DNA of 64,000 nucleotides from Blastocystis sp. Blastoise (lineage: Eukaryota; Protista; Bigyra: Opalinata): positions 682,001-746,000 of the forward strand of contig JBBPEB010000023.1 in NCBI GenBank assembly GCA_039096225.1, written 5' to 3'. Position numbers and translations under genes: made by a program. The notes beneath the pieces were generated by a model. It saw only the letters and a program-made list of their open reading frames with translations. It made no database searches and was not told where the DNA came from. Positions 1-36,550 of the stretch are shown here, piece after piece; the stretch's first letter is position 1, and every line of letters begins with the position of its first letter.

Positions 1-18
1 ATATATATATATATATAG

Positions 19-1198
<1,180 letters not shown>

Positions 1199-1735
1199 TT
1201 TATTTATCATTTCATTTCTTTCACGATATACTCTAATTTATTCTTTCTTTCTTTTTTATATTATTCAAGTATTTGTAACTGATTTCCATTGTAAACCACA
1301 CTACTTAATTTGATTTAATTTATTCTATTCCACAACAATTTTCATTGTTTTGGTTGTGATACACAGAATCTCAGCTATTTACATGCAATTAATCGATATG
1401 ATATATAATACAAGTCTCTAACATGCTACATAAAAGGAATACATTATGATTACGTGAAAATTGAATTTTTATTCATTAATCAACGGTTTTTAATGTTTAG
1501 TACTACTTATTAAATCATGGAAATAAGTATTAACATAAAGATTATGTAGAAATAAACTAACGATAACGAAAAATCATGAGAAATAAACGATTTGAAAATG
1601 ATAAGAGTAAAAGTAAAATTTTTAATTGTGGCTAACTTTACCATTATCAGGTATAAGAAGCATTCACATTTAAAAATATATAATAGTATACGTAAAGTAT
1701 TCAAATCCGTATCTTGTCTTCTTTAAGAATTAATA

Positions 1736-3470
<1,735 letters not shown>

Positions 3471-3664
3471 TTGTTATGTATAAATAGAGTAAATAAAAAT
3501 ATAAAACTATAGTTTTATTATAAAGTTATTTGTTTAGAATTTATCTGTATTGTTGATGATGAAAAATAATTTCAAAACAATAATAATAAAAAAAAATGAC
3601 AAACAAATGAATACAATTAGAAGAAGAAGAAGAAAAAAAGTCCCAATTCAAAATAATTTTTTTT

Positions 3665-5472
<1,808 letters not shown>

Positions 5473-6065
5473 AATATACAATTTAATAGAATAAAAATGA
5501 ATTAATAATGAAAAATAAAATTAAAAGAAAACAACGGTTATTGATTTTAGTTTTTCTTTTGTTCGTTGTGGATTAAATACAATTATATTAAGTATATAAA
5601 CAACTTTATTATCTTTCATTATGATTGGAAAACATAATTTTGATATTCTAAACATGATTTTCCACATCTTATAAAAACTCGAATTTATTATTTTTTTGCT
5701 TGGTTGTTATGATAATTCCAAGATCATCAAGCTATGAATCAAAACATATTGAATTTTATGTTAAATAGAAAGTAATGCTTCAGGAATTTTCAAAAAATGT
5801 GTATACTATAAGAATTGTTGGCTATTTTCTGAATATCATGATTTTTCGTATGATTTGACGCAGATTTTCAAATTCTTTCGATAAAAAAGAAAACAATGCG
5901 ATAAAGCAGGTTTTGATTGAAAAAAACGATTTTCTGGGTATAAAAACTAGATTTAACATGGGGATTGATATCTTCTGTTTTAAAACAATCCATTTGTTTT
6001 TGAAAACATATTGTTTTTATCTTTTTAAAGAAGACTAATAACTCAAATAGAGTTTAGAAAATATT

Positions 6066-13590
<7,525 letters not shown>

Positions 13591-13737
13591 AATTGTTATG
13601 AAAATTAAATTATGAATAGATTCAATTTCTGAATTTTCATCTTATATATTTCTTTATATGTAAATAGAAAAATCTATTTTGTTATATCTATATATATAAT
13701 AATTATTATAGATTTCTTATTTTTTTCATTTAAATTC

Positions 13738-13823
<86 letters not shown>

Positions 13824-14416
13824 TTAGTTTTATTTTCATTTCTTAATCGTTATTTGCTTCATAAATTCTGTTTATTGCTCTTTCTATTTGTTCTTTTTGT
13901 TTTGTCTCTTTTTTTATGTTGTTGTTATTTTTGCTACATATGTATATATTTGCAAGAAATTAATTGTTTTTTTTTATTTTTATTTTTTTGCTTTAGAGTT
14001 TATATATTATTATATATACAATATATATTGTATTGTACAACTTTTTAAAAAATTTCATTTTTACTATTTTTAATTGTATTCTTTACTTACATTTTATCAT
14101 TATGGGTTTACTGTTGTTTTGTTATATATTAAAATATTTTATAATAAGGGTTATAAAAAATCAATATATATATAAAATGTGTAAAAAACATAATTAACAA
14201 TATTTGCTTCAAACAATAGAGAGATAGATGAAAGACTTAGATTATATAAAGTTCATGAATATGAATATGAATATACTGATGATTATTTGAACATAAAAAA
14301 GTAATCATGATATGAATAAATAAAGATAAAATATAAAAAAAGAAAAATAGAAAAGAAAAACATCTAAAAATTAATAATAGAACAGATTGATAAGCAATAT
14401 AATTAATAAAGAATGA

Positions 14417-14869
14417 TTAGCAATCTAAATATAAAGAAGCTAACATAACATCAAGGATAATTTCAGGTTCAATGTTCGGATATTCTACTGGAGGAACAGA
14501 TGAATTAGCATAACTACATAAATTGAACGTAATAAATAAAAAAAAGGAGATATTTTGAGAAGAGATGAACAAAAAAATAATTAAAAATACCGTTTTCTGA
14601 AATGCATGTAATCAAGAGCAGCTTCCAAGACGTTTTGATCAAATAAATTAAGTGTGATAGCACTTTCAACAGGATGAGGTTGATCTATGAATAGTATAGA
14701 ATAGAAATAAGTATTGTTGAAAAAACATTGACATACGTTGTAAGAGATTTGCCATTGTTTTAGACATATCTGTTAGTACGGATCTAGGGACAACGAAATC
14801 ATGATTATCCTTGCTAAGAAGAGATAGATGATGAGATGTACACAAAGTTATACCTTCTAATATGAACAT
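14417..14869 (-). CDS. ELOC: Elongin C (SKP1/BTB fold), 3 exons
   Basis: LSLLSKDNHDFVVPR..SKTMANLL / ITLNLFDQNVLEAALDYMHFRKRYANSSVPPVEYPNIEPEIILDVMLASLYLDC-stop. The C-terminal YLDC is typical of Elongin C. Confidence 0.85.
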
Positions 14870-15324
14870 ATTCTGTATCTGATTTTTGTGAATAATTGAT
14901 AGGATTCATTTGTACTTTCGACTAAAAAGAATTCAGAACATAAAATCGATTTATTTTTTCTTTTGATATTTGTCGTTTTTTTAATTTTTTTGTAATATGT
15001 GTAAGTAATATCTTTTTGATAAATTAAAAGAAAATATTTTTTATCGTCAAAATTATCATTGAAACTTATCAACTGTGTTATACTAAAAAAGTAGTTTGTA
15101 AAAAAAAAATGTCGATTGATGCTTTGTATTGTTGTAAAGTTATATATTGGAAAAAGTATGGGAAACATAAGTATATTATGATAACAGCATGAATAAGAAA
15201 ATATTATAAAAGAATGTTACATTTTTATTTTATAATTAAAGGAAAAACTTTTCTAAATATATCATTATTTTCTTTATTCACAATGACTGAATTAAAAAAT
15301 AGTTCTGGGAAGAAAGATGATTTT

Positions 15325-16920
15325 TCAAAGTTGAAAAACTGATTGTAAAAGTGTGTTAAGAATAATCATTGAGAATAATATGAGGGAGTAGAATATTATA
15401 GATAAGGATATGAGTGTATATAGTTCATTATAAAAATACCATAAGCTTTGATGTCCTGGATAACTATAAAGAAATATAGACATAAGAATAATGTTAATTC
15501 TTTATGGCTGGTATAAATAGAATAGTTTTATATACAGAAGAATAAGTTGTTGAATTTCGTGAATATCAGTTTTATAAAAGTTTATAATTCTCTTTTGGAA
15601 TTCTTTATGATTCAAATAATAAATCGAATTGAGTATATAATTATATATATTCTAAGCATAGAAGGAATAAATGATATATTTTATAATCATAATAAGTATA
15701 TTAATATTTCTATATACTTTTCGAATATTGAAAGCAGAGAGATCTGTGATATGATTATGTGTATATTGAAAACTAATTTCTAATTGATCAAATAACTAGT
15801 ATAATAATAATAATAATAATATAATAATATATCTAATTCTTAATAATTAGTCATAAGACTAAATGAATTAATGAATAATAATATAATAATAATAATAATA
15901 ATAATAATATATATATATATATACATTAGGAATAGAGAGAAGTTGAAGTAATTTTAGTATAAAGCACCAGCCATAATAATTACGGGAATAAGAAGAAGTA
16001 TATATATATGCTTTCTTTATTTGACTGATAAGAAATATATCATCAATTCTATCTGTTTCTATATATAATAATAATAAATATAATAAATATAATAAATATA
16101 ATAAATATAATAAATATAATAAATATAATAAATATAATAAATATAATAATTATAATAAATATAATAAATATAATAAATATAATAAATATAATAAAATAAA
16201 TATAATATAATAAATATAATAAATATAATATAATAAATATAATAAATATAATAAATATAATAAATATAATAAATATAATCAACATAAAAATATACTCAAT
16301 AACTTTTGAATACACCAATATTTATGAACCCATAATTCTTCTACTTTTGGCCAATGAACTATAATATAATATTCATATAAATATAAATTAATAATTAATA
16401 AAAAAAAGAATGAATTTTTGATACTATACATTGAAGTGATGAAATAGTTTGAATTTCGTGAATAATGAATTCATAATTGTTTTCAATGATTGTTTTACGT
16501 CGATTTAATATTGTATAGTTAAATGGATTTATACATAACAATGCATAGGAACAAAGAAGATATTCATTGATATCAATCTTCATTTCCTTGGGTTTTATAG
16601 ATAATAAAATGATTGAAAATAACTAGACTAATATATATAGATACTTTTATATATTGATTATTTTTATATAATAGAGTAAATGCCTCGTCATGTCTACAAT
16701 TCTCATTAAAAATTAAATATAGGGAATCTGATATACAATATTTTCATTACAGAGAATCCTATACCAAACTTAGAACCTTCCTTGACAAAATGAATAGATG
16801 TATCGAAAACAATGTCAATTTCATCTCTACAAAAAATAAATAACGTATAATATTACATGATTACATCTCAGGTGGTTGAACAATTAATTGTTTAAATTCA
16901 TCAAGAATAGAAATTGACAT
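15325..16920 (-). CDS. Protein prenyltransferase alpha-subunit repeat protein (PTAR1-like); 3' end uncertain
   Basis: Spliced motifs ALLCINPFNYTILNRRK, WPKVEELWVHKYW, YSRNYYGWCF, HITDLSAFNIR and YPGHQSLW match PPTA repeats. ATG at 16920. The last exon has more than one possible reading. Confidence 0.75.
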
Positions 16921-17036
16921 GTTAATGAGAGAAATAAAAATAATTTCGTTCATTTTTCTTTTAAACTTTATTTTATTAAATTATTTCTTTTTCATAATTC
17001 GATTAATACTTTTCAATTGATTTATCTTCACATATT
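16921..17036. promoter_or_regulatory. Putative compact bidirectional promoter (116 bp between divergent ATGs)
   Basis: The PTAR1-like ATG (minus, 16920) and the DUF4460-like ATG (plus, 17037) are head to head. Confidence 0.5.
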
Positions 17037-17818
17037 ATGAATAATTTATTCACAAGTTCGAAATCATTTTGTTTAACTTTCCATCCTTTATTGAGTTTTC
17101 GTTATTTCAGTGTGGTTTCGAATGATCTAAGTATTGAGAAGATGGTTAAAAGGTTATATCTATTGATGCATCCTGATGTCATGAGTGATTATTCTGAGAT
17201 TGTGAAACAAAAGAATGATAATTCTCTTAAGGTATTTTAAATGTTTTCTAATAGTATAAAATTGTATTTATTTTATTTCAAAACAATGATATCTATTAAT
17301 TTGATATTCATTTAATAATAAAATTGTTTTATTTATTCTATTTAATATTTCTAGGTTCTTAATTCCTTTATACAAGATATGAAACCACTCTCTGATGAAA
17401 CAAAGCGATTCACATCGTTACAATGTATTTTAAAAGAAATAATATTTTTTTTCGATTCTTCTATTCTATGATTTTATTTTTTTTGCTTTTTTTTAGTTAG
17501 TCGAAAACATTATGAGTTACAATTTGTCGTTAAAGACCAAGAAGAACCAAATAACAAAGAGAAATCAAAGACTATAGTATTTGATATTAAACTTCCTTCA
17601 AATCTTCAGACGTATATATAAATATACTTATTTTTATATAATTATATAAGTAAAATTATTATATATATATAGTTCTTTTACAAATATAGAAGTACGAAAG
17701 AAATGGCAAAGCTTTTATGATATTACCATGAAACAATTATTTTATAAATGTGGGGTAAGATTAATAATTATTTATATTATATTTATAATTTATTATTATT
17801 ATTATTATTATTATATTA

Positions 17819-17850
<32 letters not shown>

Positions 17851-17971
17851 GTTAATTATTATTTCATTTATCAGTTATTATATACATTATATATATGTAT
17901 ATAGCTTCTTGAAAGTCCTCCTCAGAAAGAAATTAGCTCTAATTTTGTGGGAACTGTCGATGATTTCTTTA

Positions 17972-18008
<37 letters not shown>

Positions 18009-18536
18009 TATATATAGTTAAATAGTCATCAATTGTCTGAATTACAAAATAAATATTTAAATGAAGAGTATATATATATAATAAGAATAATATTAAAAAT
18101 ATAATATAATATATATATATATTATAGAATAGCTTTCTATAAACCCTCTCAATTTATGGATTATAAAGAAAAACTAAAATTTCAAAATACAATAAAACAT
18201 AAAATATTAACACAATTCTTTGAAACAAATCATATACTTTATGATAATTTATCTTCACCCGAAATCAAGTATATAAATGAACGATTGAATCGTACATTAA
18301 ATATAAATATAAATAAAATAAATATTTTTTCTCCTGGATGGAAATATATGCATATATTAGTCTCTAAACAATCAACATATCAACTCCTTAAAAATTATAC
18401 ATTATCTATACCTTATTATTATGTTAATTCAGATTTACTGAAGAATCTTCAAGTATTATTGAGACAAATAGAAACAGAAATTAATATTCTAAAACAAAAT
18501 AAACATCAACTTTCACAACAAACCAAATCAAAATAA
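17037..18536 (+). CDS. DUF4460 / TCAIM-like protein with probable mitochondrial targeting peptide
   Basis: Acid-free S/F/R-rich N-terminus, then VKRLYLLMHPDVMSDYSEIVKQKNDNSLKVLNSFI, which resembles the DUF4460 HPD...N..SLK.L motif. Multi-exon; TAA ends at 18536. Confidence 0.6.
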
Positions 18537-19210
18537 TTAAAGTGTCTATTTTTTTGTGTTTAGTTAAAAAAAGAATAATCTACATATTCCTCAAATTCAC
18601 TCAACATTATTAATGAAAAATATAAATGTATTTTTAAAATTTACTCAACATATTTATTTCATTTATTATAAACTAGATATATAAATTAACACGAATGCAG
18701 AGAAAAGCATTTAGTAACAAATACATTTGTTACTAAACTCTGAAGAAACAACTTGGAATATAAAGAAAATAAAAATGATTACAAAACATATTAGAATAGT
18801 GTAGCATTCTCATGTATTCATTGCTTTGTATGAGTAAAATACATACGTTTTAGAACAATAAAAAAAAACTTCCATAGCATTTCGATATAAGAGAATAAAA
18901 AAAATATTTTTTAAAAATTCAAAGTTTTTATCATCAAAATTCAGTCAAATTCAGAACAGTGTTATGGGTCATTTTACTAAAAATGGTATTTAAATAATAA
19001 GGTACATCTAAGGGTTATCGTGGGAAAATATCAGGAGAGTAAGAGGTTGTCTTGAATATATGTATCCTTAATAGAGATTTAATAGACTTAAAATCAATAT
19101 TACTAAAAATACAAAAAAAAAAAGTGTTTTCTATTTATATTGTTCAGAAGACTTCTTAATTTCTTTATTATATTTTTCAAAAGATCCTATATATAATAGT
19201 TTAATATCCA

Positions 19211-28941
<9,731 letters not shown>

Positions 28942-30427
28942 TTTTTAATTTTGTTCTTAAAAATTTTAGATTAAAATTATGAATTTCAGAATTCTATTAT
29001 TATAATATATAGAATTTTTTTTTTCATTTTAATATATATATATTATTATATATATATTATTATATATATTTATATCAATATAGATTTCTATCTTTATATC
29101 TATTTTTATATTCCTATTTATGTGTACAGTTCTTTGTTATCTTGTCAGCTGATATTTTTCGCTTTTTATATACATATCTATATATATATTTATATATCTA
29201 TATATATTATTATCTCTATATTTATATAAATATCTATATCATTATATATATTCTTATACTCTTTCGTTTCTTTTTGTTATTATATCCTATATTTGTCATT
29301 ATGTTTATAATAATTCATTATTATTAATCAAAATTTTTCTATAGTTTTTTTATATATGTATATATTTTGAATTTTATTTCTTGATTTTAATTTATTTTAA
29401 ATTTTTTTTTAAATGTTTTAAATTTCTCTTTTTATACAGAACTAGTATTATGTTTTTTTATTAAAAATTCCATATAGCTATTTATTTATATATACAAACA
29501 TGTATATAATAATTTAACATTATTTTCTTGTATTTTTCATTCTTTCTTTTTTTTTAATACTAATAATAATTTTTCAAATATTTTTATCTTTATGATCTTT
29601 GATCATATATGTGTATTATATGCATTTTTAATAATTAATTATCTTAGAAAATTATATATTTATATTTATATTTAGTACTCCTTCATATCTATTTGTTTAC
29701 ATGTTTAACGAATGTTTCTGAATGCTTTATTTTATTTTTTTTTGCATTATTTATTTTCAGATCATTGATGGATCGTTGTTTTGTTGTTTTAGGAATATTA
29801 ATACTCTATTAAAAACATATTTATAATGTATTAAAGAAATTATTTATTGATTTCGTTTATTGTCACAATAACTATTCATATTCTATATATACATTTTAAT
29901 TATTCTTTTTTATAATAAAAAAATATTATGTTTCTATATAAAAGAGACACATATTGATCATAAATATCATAATGTGTTCTATAAAATTTTTCTGAGATTT
30001 AGTTAGCAATATAAAGATAATATTAACAAATTTATATTGACCTTCTCAATGTATTCAAAGTTGTTCATGAATATCTGAATGACGTTTTGTTCAATCAATG
30101 AATATATTTTGATGAATAAAATAATATACATGAATAGTATGATACTATCATTTAAAAGAGATTTGATTTCATAATAAACGAATTATATTTATAGATAAAA
30201 CTAGATAAGAAATCTAAATTGAAAAAAAAGAAAATTTGATAAAAATAAGTTCAAAAACCGTGGAGATATTTGATTTTTTGGGGTATTTATTTATATTATT
30301 ATTTTGACGGTTCTAGGCGTGTATACAACACATAGAGACAAGGAGAGTTTGTTCATTCCATTTTTTCTTTCTGGAAAACGCTTTTGATATTGATATAGAT
30401 ATTCTAGAGTTCTTTACTAAGATAGAA

Positions 30428-33400
30428 ATGGGATATATAGATGATAGTTATCAAAATGATTCAGAAATCACAGAAGCTGATTGCTGGACTGTAATATCTT
30501 CATTTTTTGAAGAAAAAGGTCTTGTTAGTCAACAACTTGATTCTTTTGATGATTTTATGAAATTTCAAATTTCTGATTTAGTTACAGATCAAAGTCGACG
30601 TAAAATTGAAATCACATCTACAAATCAATATACGATGGTTAATAATGATTATCAAGGTTATAAGCATCAAGTTTTATATGGACATATTTCTATCCAATCT
30701 CCAGTTGTAAAAGAACCTGATTCTAAAGAACCAACTCTTTTATGGCCTCAATTTGCTCGTTTAAGAAATTTAACATATGCTGCTTCTGTTCTTATGGATG
30801 TTACTTATAAGAAAACACCTATTAATATAGATGGAACACCTGATGGAGAACCTATTATGGATACTAATGAACGTCAATTACTTTGTAAAGTATTCTTTTT
30901 ATTATTATTATGATCTTTATTTAGTTTTTGTGTTTATTGTTGTTATTTTATATTATATTATTATATTATTATATTATATTATATTATTATATTATTATTC
31001 TATATTATTATTCTATATTATTATTTTATATTATTATATTATATTCTTATATTATATTCTTATATTATATTCTTATTACTATATTCTTATTACTATATTC
31101 TTCTTACTATATATATAAATAGGTACCTGTAATGATACGTTCATGTTATTGCCGTTTAAATGGATTAAGTGCAGATAACTTAGCAGAACAAGGAGAATGT
31201 ATATATGACTCTGGTGGTTATTTTATTATTGGAGGAAATGAAAAAGTATTAATTGCTCAAGAAAGACAAACAAATAATACTGTTTTTGTATTTAAAAGAG
31301 ATCCTCGTGGAGCTATTTCTTGGACTGCAGAAGTACGTTCTGTGACAGAAGATGCGACACGTCCTGCGTCAGTCACAAAACTACTTATGTATATATTATA
31401 TATATATTATTATATTCATATTATATTATTATTATTATTATTATTATATTATTATTATTATATTATATTATTATATTGATATTATATTATATTATATTAT
31501 ATTATTATATTGATATTATATTATTATTATTATATATATATATATATATAGGTATTCTCGTAAAGCGTCTAAGAAGATGTGTGAGAGATATATGATTCAC
31601 GCTGCTATTCCTTCTTTTATTACTGATGTTCCTGTTTGTGTAGTATTCAGAGCTTTGGGGTGTATTGAAGATAGAGCCATTCTTGAACATATATGCTATG
31701 TATATATATATATATATAATGTATATTATAGTATTATTATAATATAAATATTATTATTCTATAGACATTTGATGATATTGAGTTAATGGAGAGGTTTAGA
31801 CCTTCTTTGGATGAAGCTTCTCCTATTGATACTGAAGAAGTATATATATATATATATATATAATGATTATAATATATATATAATGATTCTAATATATATA
31901 TAGTTAGCATTAGATTATTTAGGTCGTAGAGGTCCTTCAGAAAAGATTAATCGAGTCGGGAGAATTGCTTTTGCTCGTTCAGTCTTACAAAAAGATCTAT
32001 TCCCTCATATTGGTACTGAGAAAGGTGGTTTAATAAATCGTAAGAAGGTATTCTATTTAGGTTATATGGTGCACCGTCTTCTCGAATGTTCTTTAGGAAG
32101 ACAAGAAGAAGATGATCGTGATCATTTAGCAAATAAACGATTAGATTTAGCGGGTCCCTTAGTAGGACGATTATTTAGAACATTATTATATAAGTTTACT
32201 ACGGATCTCAAGAAATATATGAGTAAAGCAGCCAATGATACGAAAGGAAATGGTACGGTTAAGATTCTTGGAGGACTCAAGGTATATATATATATAATAT
32301 ATATAATATATTATTATTATTATTAAACTTATTATATAGTCTAAGACTATCACAAGTGGCTTACAATATGCTTTTGCTACAGGTAACTGGGGAGATCGTA
32401 ATTCAAATAAACAAGTTTCAGCTGGTGTCAGTCAAGCCTTAAATCGTCTGACTTTCTCCTCTTCATTATCTCATTTAAGAAGATTAAAAACACCTATGGA
32501 TACTTCAGGTATATATATATATATATATTTATTATATATATTTATTATATATATTATTATTATGGTTTATTATATATATTATTATTATGGTTTATTATAT
32601 ATATTATTATTATGTTTATTATACTTATAATACTTATTATGTTTATTATACTTATAATACTTATTATGTTTATTATTATGTTTATTATTATGTTTATTAT
32701 TAAACTTATACATATTATTATAACTCTCTCTCTCTATATATATATATAGGTAAGCAAACCAAGCCTCGTCAATTACATAATACCCAATGGGGTATGTTAT
32801 GCCCTGCAGAAACACCCGAAGGAGGATCTTGTGGTATTGTCAAGAACTTAGCCCTGCTTAGTTATATTAGTACTGGAAGAACTGTATATATTATATATTA
32901 TATATACAATTATAGTCTTTTATTATATAATATAATATACTAATAATAATATAGTATAATAATAGTAATAATATAGTATAATATAATAATAATATAATAT
33001 AATATATTATTTATATAGCCTACACGTATATTAGAAATCTTACAAGAGCATGGTATAGAAGATTTAGAAGAAATTCAACCTTCTCATATCCCGCGATTAA
33101 CTAAAGTATTTGTAAACGGTGTTTGGATTGGTGTTCATCGTAATCCGAATGATCTATTGGGCTGTCGTCAACTGCTTGATCCTGATATTAGTATGATTTA
33201 TGATATCGCTCAAAAAGAAATTAGAATGTATATATATAATATATAATATATATTATATATATATTATATATTATATATATAGTATGTCTGATCAAGGTCG
33301 TTGTTGTCGTCCGTTATTTACTGTTGATGCTGTAACACAAACAATTAATTTGAAGCAGTCGCACGTGCAGCGTTTATTATTGTCTCCAAATGATCCTCAA

Positions 33401-35786
33401 AAATTAACATTCTCCAAATTAATTGAAGAGAATTATATAGAATATTTATCAGCAGAAGAAGAAGAATACAGTATGATCGCTATGGATCCACGAATGTTAA
33501 AGACTTGTACGGCGAACAAAAGTTGTGATACATTCACTCACTGTGAAATTCATCCCTCTATGATATTAGGTGTATGTGCTAGTATTATTCCATTCCCTGA
33601 TCATAATCAATCCCCTCGTAATACTTATCAATCTTCTATGGGTAAACAAGCTATGGGAGTCTATATATCTACATTTATGAAACGATTGGATACTATGGGT
33701 CACGTGCTTTGGTATCCTCAACGACCATTGGTAGGTACGAAAGCTATGGACCAATTAAAATTCAGAGAATTACCAGCTGGTATGAATATGATTATTATGA
33801 TTTCTATTATTCTATATTTTAATTATATTTCTATATATAGTAATAATAATAATATATATATATATATATAGGTATAAATTGTTGTGTAGCTATTTGTACA
33901 TATAGTGGTTATAATCAAGAAGATAGTTTAATTGTTAATCAAAGTAGTATTGATAGAGGTTTATTTAGAAGTATGTTCTTTAGAACCTATACTGATGAGG
34001 AATCCAGTGAAGCTAATGGCAGTAGTGAACAATTCGGGAAACCACAAAGAGAATTGTGTGTCGGTATGCGTCATGGAGAATATATTAAATTAGATGATGA
34101 TGGATTTGCACCTCCTGTATATATATAGTTATTATGTTTATTATTATTATTATTATTATTATTATTTATTTTTATACATATATTCTTTGTATTTTATTAT
34201 ATTTATATATATAGGCTACTACAGTTCGTGGTAATGATATTATTATAGGTAAAACTACTCCGTTACCTGATGTAATAGGAAAACCTTCTAGTGGTCAACG
34301 AAAGGATAACAGTACTGCTCTTCGTTCTCATGAATTAGGTGTTATTGATGCTGTTATGTTAACTACAAATTCCCAAGGGAATCGTATGGTTAAAGTTCGA
34401 ACTCGATCTATTCGTATTCCACAAATTGGTGATAAATTATCTTCAAGACATGGTCAAAAAGGTACTATTGGTATGACTTATAGGTATGTTTATATATAGA
34501 TATTATAATTCTATTAGAATAATATAATAACTCTATTATAATTATATAATAATTATATAATAATTATATTATAATTCTACTCTATATATATATATAAAGA
34601 CAAGAAGATATGCCCTTTAATCAGGACGGTATTACTCCTGATATTATTATGAATCCTCATGCTATTCCTTCACGTATGACAGTAGGTCAATTGATTGAAT
34701 GCTTATTAGGTAAATTTGGGTCTATAGTAGGAAAGGAAGGAGATGGTACTGCATTTAGTGATCTTACAGTCGATGATGTCAGCAGAGATCTACAAGCAGC
34801 TGGATATCAAAAAAGAGGATTTGAAGTATATATATGTTATTTATATTTTATATTCTATATTATTATTTTATATATTAATATTTTATTATCATATATTATA
34901 TATTTATATTATTATATTATATATTTATATTATTATATTATTATATATTATTATATTATTATATATTATATATTATTATATTATTAAGATAAAATATTTC
35001 AAACTTTTATTGAATAATAATAATAATATATTATATATAGCGTTTATATAATGGTCATACTGGTCGTCCTTTATTGGCTCGTGTATTCTTAGGCCCTGTA
35101 TATTATCAGAGATTGAAACATCTTGTTGATGATAAGATACATAGTAGAGCTAGAGGAATGACCACATTACTTACGTATATATATAATAATAATAATAATA
35201 TTATTATTATATATTTTATGCTTTTATATTCTTCTATTTTTATTTTTTAATATTTTTATTTTTTTAATATTTTTACATTTATTTTATATTCTTATATTTC
35301 TTTCATTACTATATATATATATAGTCGTCAGCCTCAGGAAGGTCGTAGTAAAGAAGGTGGTTTAAGAATGGGAGAAATGGAACGAGATTGTTTAATTGCT
35401 TATGGTACTAGTAATTTAGTTCGAGAGCGTCTTTTCTTTGGTTCTGATAATTATAGTGTATATATATGTGATATTTGTGGTCTTATTTGTGTTGCCGATC
35501 TTGATCATGGTACTTATAATTGTACTAACTGTAATAACAGTACTAAAGTATATATATTATTTATTATTTTCATTATTATTTTCATTATTATTTTCATTAT
35601 AATTATATAACAATAATAATAGTAATAATAATAGTAATTATTGTATAGATATCTAAAGTATGTATTCCTTATGCTTGTAAATTGTTATTCCAAGAGTTAT
35701 TATCTATGAATATTGCACCAAGAATAATCACGGGAGGACCTGAAAAAGATGGATATGATAAATTTAATAATCCTATTTGGTCTTAA
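30428..35786 (+). CDS. RPB2: DNA-directed RNA polymerase II second-largest subunit, 15 exons
   Basis: [97 protein letters not shown] and [12 protein letters not shown]. Confidence 0.98.
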
Positions 35787-36349
35787 ATAATATATATATA
35801 TATATAGAAAGTCTTTTTTTATATATTTATCTATTTTATTAATTCTATATAATTGAAATAACTATTGTCTTTTTCACAACTTTTTTTGCATATTCGTATA
35901 TATATATAAATACGTTCTTTCTAATAGTTTCATTTCATAAATCTAAAAAAATAATATATATATTTTTATAAATAAATTGAATCTTGTTTGATAAATCTTA
36001 ATAAGTATGATATTGTTGTATATTTTTAATGTATAAATATTGGAGAATTCATGTTTATAATAATATCAAAACGATAAACTAAAATGATGATAAGAAATAT
36101 AAAATAAAACAAGATTAAAAAAGAGAAAAGAAATGAATATATTATTAAGTAATCATATGAAAAATATATAATTATATTATAATATATATATTTTTGATAA
36201 AAAGAATAGATTGATTACTAGTAATGATATTAAAGGAAATATATATTGTTATATATTTAAACAAAAAAATACAAATATATAAAAAAAACAAATAAATAAA
36301 AATAAAAATTCATAATAATTAGTATATAAATCTATATATATATATATGC

Positions 36350-36502
36350 TTATTCTATCATTTCATTTTCATCTTCTGATTGTTCTTCTGTATATACATC
36401 AGGAATAACAACATTAAATCCAGATAAAGCAGTAGTAACAAGACAACCTGGAATTTGAGAATGAAAATGAACTTCTTTTATATCTTCTTGACCCTATATA
36501 AT

Positions 36503-36550
<48 letters not shown>

